From NCBI GenBank assembly GCA_951406725.2, contig OX597817.1, positions 81,840,001-81,904,000 of the forward strand: a stretch of DNA of 64,000 nt. The letters run 5' to 3'. Under the pieces are notes generated by a model. The model worked only from the letters and a program-made list of their open reading frames with translations. It was not told the DNA's origin and did no database searches. The translations under genes and the position numbers were made by a program. This DNA is from Octopus vulgaris (lineage: Eukaryota). Shown here piece by piece: positions 58,165 to 64,000 of this stretch (position 1 is the first letter of the stretch; every line of letters starts with the position of its first letter).

Positions 58165-61100
58165 CAATGGTTCTTAATCTTTTTAGTACTACGCCTCCTC
58201 TAGGAATTTGTCCTCTTCACGCTCCTCTTGCATCCATGAATAGAATTCCCTCCCAGATTTAAAATAAAATGTAAAATATGTTTTTAGTCTTCTTATTGAA
58301 TATGAATTAGTCACGTTATACAAAATATGTGTAATTTTATATATAATCACATTATAAAAAAAGTGAGACACTTGACACGGCTTCTTAACAAAAAAAGTTT
58401 TTTTCTTATTGAATATGAATTAGTCACATTATTAATGAGATACTTGACACTGCTTCTTAGCTGCAAGATCTTGAATGGGTGGTTGAATGTCGGAGAGTAC
58501 ACAAGGTAAGCCCTTTCAACGTTCAGTCTGTTTCTGTACTTGGTCTTGATAGCAACGAGCATGGAAAATGCAGTTTCACAAAGATATGTGGATCCAAACA
58601 TAGCTAAACTTGCCTGATGTGAGATCAGAGGGTAAAGAGGAATTTACTTGATCCAGAATGTTTCAAGATCCAGTTCTTTGAAGCCTTCTTTAGCTGGGGA
58701 GTTGAACTTCAGCTCAAGGAACTCCTCTTGCACTTCATACAAAACATCAGTTACTTTACATCGAAATGGGTTCCTGATGAATTTCTAAGTTCCACGCTTT
58801 TCATCTATATCTGGGAAGTATCTGATGAATTCTGCTTTCAAGTCAAATGAGTGATTATTTGTTTCTTTAATGCAGAATCAAGGTTACCGTGAATGAGAGC
58901 AGAATCCAAGTAACTAAAACTGACTGTTTCCAGAGGTCAAGTTTAGCCATGAAGTTTCGATGGTGTCGTGGTGCGTGAGAATGTTGATGTTTTCCCCTTG
59001 TAGTTTAAGGTCGAGAGCATTCAACGCTTCGAAGATGTCTACCAGGTAAGCTAGAGATTGTTGAAAGCCTGCAGACTGGAACTTGCCATGGAGATCTGCC
59101 TTCTGCAGCAAATCAAGAAATATTGTTACTTCTTCTCGTAGTTCATAAAACCGTCCAAGCATGTTCCCCTTTGACCATTGCACGTTCGTATGAAAAAACA
59201 ATGCTTCATGTTCAGATTCCATTTCTTTACACAACAATTTGAAAAGACGACTGTTTAAGGTTCCACCTTTTACAAAGTTGACAACCTTGATAGCCACGTT
59301 CAGGACATTTCTCATTTCTGTAGGTAAGATTCTGGATGCTGATGCTTTATGATGAAGTATGCAGTGTGTACCTGCAACATATGGATTTTTTCTTTTATCC
59401 TAGTAATGAATCCAGACTGCAGACCAAGCATGGCTGGAGCTCCATCAATGTACATCCCTACTAGCAAATCCCTATAGCTATTGCTGTTATACAGCTATCC
59501 ATAGGGTGACAGAGCAACATTTCGTCTTACACAGTTGCTTGACATATACCAGTAGCTGAGAACATTGAGCGATGTCAGTCGTTTCATCACACTGGGTGGC
59601 AAAAACAGGAGAACCTCTCACTTAGTCGAAAATTTGATATTTGATGACTTGAAACAAGTCGTCGATCCTTCCTTTGTATCGTTTGATAATGAAATCTAGG
59701 AAAGCTTGTTTGCATTACCTCTCCCCAGAACGAGCTCTGCTGCACGGAGTGGACGACTTGGTTTTATGAGAGACTTTCCGATGTCATGGCTCTTCTTGCT
59801 CTTTGCAATCAACATGACGATCTCATTGGAAGGCTCAACAATCATTGAAGTTTGTTGCCGAAATGCCCTACTACCGTCCAACTTAGCTTGCTTCAAGGAA
59901 TGTCCTTTTGTTTCGAAGAATGCCTTGGGTTTATCTGCAAGAGCAAGATGTGTTGTCCACAAGTAGCGTTCCAAGTGTGAGGGTCGCATTCCATAATTGC
60001 TCAAAGTTTTGTAACATATCACACACTGGAGGTCTGTGTCACCCTTTTGAAGAGACACGACCGCAAATCGAATATATTCGTCAAGATACTTCCGTTTCTT
60101 TGCACTCTTTGCGAATTATTTGAACAACAGTGAACAACACAAATATATGAACAAAAGATAAGGTACGTGTAAGGTAATGCCAAGGCCCAAGCTGGAACGC
60201 TAGCCCAATTAGAACGTTTGGAGTAAAACGTTCTGAAAAAAATTAAAACAAAAAAAATTGGAGTAAAGTTACACAAAAAAATTTGTACAATAAAATATTG
60301 TATTTATTTGTACGAAAATATAAAGAAAAGTTCTTTAAAAAGAAAAGATTTTGCATAGCTTTTAGTTTTAGCTATTACTTTCAGTAATATTTAAATCTGA
60401 AATTTAGTTTAACATTTGGCTTTATATTATAATAGTTTTTCTTACAAAAAAGGTTACTATATTTTTAATATACATATTTAATATTAAAAATTTTGGTTTT
60501 ATTGTTAAAATACTTTATTTTTCCATTCTGTGTTTTAATTTTTTGAGACTTTATCAAATTGAGCAATAGTAGGATCTTTTACATACGTTTTGTTTTATTT
60601 CCTATTTTTGAATAATACTTTTCATCTTGCTAAAATTTAAAAAATAGTATTCGATTTTTAAAAATTAAGTTAATATTTCTTAGTATGTTACTATAATGAT
60701 TTGATTATGTTTCAGTATGTCTCTTGATTTTTAAGAATCACATATTTCCTATATATGAAAGCTGTGGATCAAACTTATTTATAATCTTATTAACTGAAAA
60801 GGAATTTTGTCTTTACACTATAATAATACCTTAGCTTTATACCAGTGGTTCTTAACCTGAGTCTGGTTGTAACAAAAACAAAAAACAAAAAACAAAGAAA
60901 AAATTACAAAATAGAGGCAAATGTTAAAGCTAAAATTGAAAATTTGTGTAGGTTTTGAGGGATATCAAGGGGAAATGATAATGGTATGTACAGAAAATGG
61001 TAAGCGGCACTAAGATAGTAGAATAAGATAACTAAATGTTTTAGGCGATACTTTTGTAATTTTTCATAAACTTCTCATTATTTGATCATGTTCTCGTTAA

Positions 61101-61178
61101 GAGAATAACAAATATAATTAGAAAAATCCCTGCTTTTTCTCAAGGGCTTGCGCTCCCTTGGAAGTTACTGACTCCCCC
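58165..61178 (-). pseudogene. hAT (Buster/Charlie, ZBED8/SCAND3-like) transposon with decayed transposase (~58500-60120)
   Basis: BED finger LQCVICYKTLSN..RPSHL, CDETTD, DGAPAMLG, HCILH, HTNVQWSKG and FGSTYLCETAFS..KTKYRNRL; TIR-like CAATGGTTCTTAA at 58165 and CAGTGGTTCTTAAC at 60843. Confidence 0.9.
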
Positions 61179-61332
<154 letters not shown>

Positions 61333-61480
61333 TTTTGTTTTTGATTTTTAGTTAGTGTATTTTTTAATTTAACTTGAATTGGTAGTTGTCCTGTAGAGTA
61401 TCCATATGAAATAATTGGTCGATATTTTAGAGTTATATATTTTGCTTGTTTTTTTAGTTCAACCCATTTTAGATATGGTA

Positions 61481-61525
<45 letters not shown>

Positions 61526-61660
61526 TTATTAGGTTATATTGAGTAAATATCTGTTATATTCACTGAGAATACTACTTGTATGTGTGAATGTCCTTGTGCA
61601 TGTCTGCATGCAAACTTTTGTATGAATGTATGTATGTATGTATGTATGTATGTATGTATG

Positions 61661-61691
<31 letters not shown>

Positions 61692-61789
61692 GTATTATGT
61701 ATGTATGTATGTATGTATGTATGTATGTATGTATGTATGTATGTATGGCCACAGCCACGAGGCTGAAACAAACATATAAAAGAATAGAC

Positions 61790-62075
61790 ATATAGTTAAA
61801 AGCAAAGAAAATGGAAATAAGGAAGTTAGCAATTATTTATTATTAACAAATTGGTCATCTTCGCTTCTTACAGCCGTTTCAATTAATACTCAATAATTTT
61901 ATTTTTTCTCTGATTAAATTATGCTAATGTCCCATAAATGCAAATTTAATGTACAAATTTGTAATTTAATAATTGAGTATTAATTGAAACGGCTGTAAGA
62001 AGCGAAGATGACCAATTTGTTAATAATAAATAAGTGTTAACTTCCTTAACTCCATTTTCCTTTTTTCTTTTAACT
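61790..62075. mobile_element. Foldback palindrome carrying the 3' half of an HHR on each arm
   Basis: Near-perfect arms at 61834-61895 and 61970-62033 with GAAA-cggctg-TA-ag; the CTGATGA half is absent from the spacer. Confidence 0.7.
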
Positions 62076-62203
62076 GAATATAAACTACATACTGAATATA
62101 TACCTATTGTTTTAAGGGAATTTCATTCCCCAACAATACTAGGTATTCAACCAACATTTCCTTGGATGCAACCATCTTTTCACGAGGTTAACATATCCTC
62201 GTA

Positions 62204-62267
<64 letters not shown>

Positions 62268-62270
<3 letters not shown>

Positions 62271-62935
62271 TAAATCCCAAAAGGAACAAACACGCAAAAA
62301 AACAACAGCAACTCGAGGATGTGGTACATGTAATGTATTAGCAGACGCTTAGAAAAGGAAAGAATGATGGTTTAACATTTCAAGCAGACGCTCTTCTTCG
62401 GAAACAGAGGAAAGTCCAAAAGAAGGGAAGATGGAGGAAGAAAATAGCCAACGGCTCACATGTGGCTACATTTTGAAATGACCGGAAGGGAATAGGTGAA
62501 AAAAACTTCTTTCTAACACAGGAAAGTGTAAGAGAAAGAAGTATGTGTGTGTATGTGTGAGTATGTGCCTGCGCACAGGTCTCTGTGTGTGAGTGTGTGT
62601 GTAATAGCAGGCGTGTGTGCGTATGTGTATGTATGAGTTGTGTGTGTGTGTGTGTGTGGTTTTGGCTGTTTATATGTGTATGTGTGAGTGACCTTTGTGT
62701 CACTTGCTGTTGTAGGAAGAATTTAGTTGTAGTGTGGCTGTCTTTTGTGTAGTGTGTGACCGGTTCGTACCCCTTACAGTTGTCCGGATCACCTTGGGGT
62801 GCGACGGTCACCTAGAGCGAGGCTGTTTCTGCGTGGCGCTGCTGATTATTTGCCGGACGAACCGCATCGCAGTATCGACCACGTCGCCTACGCGGTGCGG
62901 CTGGCGACAGCTGCCACACTGCCAGCATCGGCCGC

Positions 62936-62940
<5 letters not shown>
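62268..62940 (-). mobile_element. PLE 3' region: HHR terminal repeat (62370-62405) plus a GC-rich possible GIY-YIG ORF end
   Basis: 62268-62475 is homologous to 6370-6570. The minus strand near 62790-62815 reads LG/TVAPQG with a frameshift, like PLE endonuclease C-termini (weak). Confidence 0.6.
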
Positions 62941-62967
<27 letters not shown>

Positions 62968-62970
<3 letters not shown>

Positions 62971-63346
62971 TACCGTCAGAAATTAATTAGCACCCTTGAT
63001 TTGCTCTTCACTCAAGGTATGTGCTGTCACCTAGTGGCCATATCTCGAACTATTGCTTTGTTGCGAGTTCACTGTTGCGCAGAACGATGACGTAACTTTG
63101 TTTGCAGAGCAGTTTGAGAGTCTACAGCCTTATGATGTTGACATAGCAGTGCAACACCAACTTGGAGTGCGGATGCAGACAAACTTCCTTTGTTTAATAG
63201 ATATAGGTAGCGCCTCGCAAGGACCGAAATCACACCATACTAAGTTTTCTCATCGTGTAAGACGTTTTGAACAGCTCATAGGTTAATTGATTTAACCTAT
63301 TTAATGTAGAAATTTGAGAAGTGCTAATTAATTTCTGACGCAAGTG
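62968..63346. mobile_element. Tc1/mariner-type MITE
   Basis: TA|CACTACCGTCAGAAATTAATTAGCAC ... GTGCTAATTAATTTCTGACGCAAGTG|TA. Confidence 0.9.
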
Positions 63347-63414
63347 TATATATGTTGCTATCTATGTATGTATGGATTTAAGTTTCTATATGCATGCACA
63401 GATAATGTTTGTAA

Positions 63415-63566
63415 ACTATATTTAAGAGATGAGGAATTATGTACATTATTTACATTATGCCCACGGGCATATGGCGTAGTGGTTAAGAGCGCGGGCTACT
63501 AACCCCAAGATTCCGAGTTCGATTCCAAGCAGTGACCTGAACAACAAGAACAAGAACAAGAACAAG

Positions 63567-63599
<33 letters not shown>

Positions 63600-63627
63600 A
63601 ATAATAATGATGATGATGACGATGATG

Positions 63628-63675
<48 letters not shown>

Positions 63676-63846
63676 GTAACATCGAAGAATACCTTAGGAA
63701 TGAGAACCCAGGTTCGAAATTTCCCCAAGACACCTGAAGAAAGCTGGAGGGTATATCGGCCAAAACATTGTGTTAACAACAAACAAGATGAGGATAAATA
63801 TCCGTCGAATGTAAATAATGTAAATAATGTATCACATAATAATTCA
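63415..63846 (+). mobile_element. tRNA-headed element with microsatellite linker and HHR-bearing PLE-type tail, preceded by an inverted copy of its 3' end
   Basis: A box TGGCGTAGTGG (63472), B box GAGTTCGATTCC (63515), (AAC/AAT)n, then acac-CTGAAGA-aagctg..cggcc-AAAA-ca-TT-gtgt (63730-63773). TACATTATTTACATT (63441) is inverted against AATGTAAATAATGTA (63808). Confidence 0.7.
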
Positions 63847-64000
63847 AATTTTCTTTCACTTGAATTTTCATTTGTTTGTATATATGTTTATGCGTTTCTT
63901 ATGTTCTTAAGTTCCTTCCTTTGTTTCTTTGTTTTCTTACTTTCTTGCTTTTGCTTTCGCTCTCTCTGTTCCCGCCTCGTTCTCCCCTCCCATCACGAAT

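Noticed and set aside
58500-60120. Domesticated ZBED8/SCAND3 gene
   Set aside because: Multiple stops and frameshifts plus TIR-like ends indicate a dead transposon.
63459-63540. Functional tRNA gene (likewise the heads at 15268, 34587 and 54131)
   Set aside because: Acceptor stems do not pair properly and the heads run into repeat bodies, so they are SINE heads.

Overview
AT-rich, microsatellite-saturated animal genomic DNA. The repeat content resembles an octopus/cephalopod genome, which is an inference from SINE and LINE types. No intact protein-coding gene is recognisable, and almost all ORFs in the track are translations of (TA)n, (CA)n, (TATG)n or (TATC)n. The window is a mosaic of several tRNA-derived SINE families with swapped heads and tails, decayed R4/Dong-like (RLE) LINEs, a Tx1-like fragment nested in a SINE, DD37D Tc1/mariner relics, a Buster/Charlie-type hAT transposase pseudogene, MITEs, Helitron/Helentron-type elements and a 17-bp minisatellite. 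The most striking signal is a high density of short elements embedded in microsatellites that carry minimal hammerhead-ribozyme (HHR) motifs of the Penelope-like-element (PLE) type (CTGANGA/CCGAAGA...GAAA-palindrome-TH). There are roughly 20 such motifs from about ten unrelated sequence families, and many are arranged as foldback palindromes with a motif on each strand. One family fuses a Pol III tRNA head to an HHR-bearing tail (63415-63846). All folding was done by eye and needs computational and experimental confirmation. A weakly supported spliced minus-strand gene fragment lies at about 26.5-28.2 kb.
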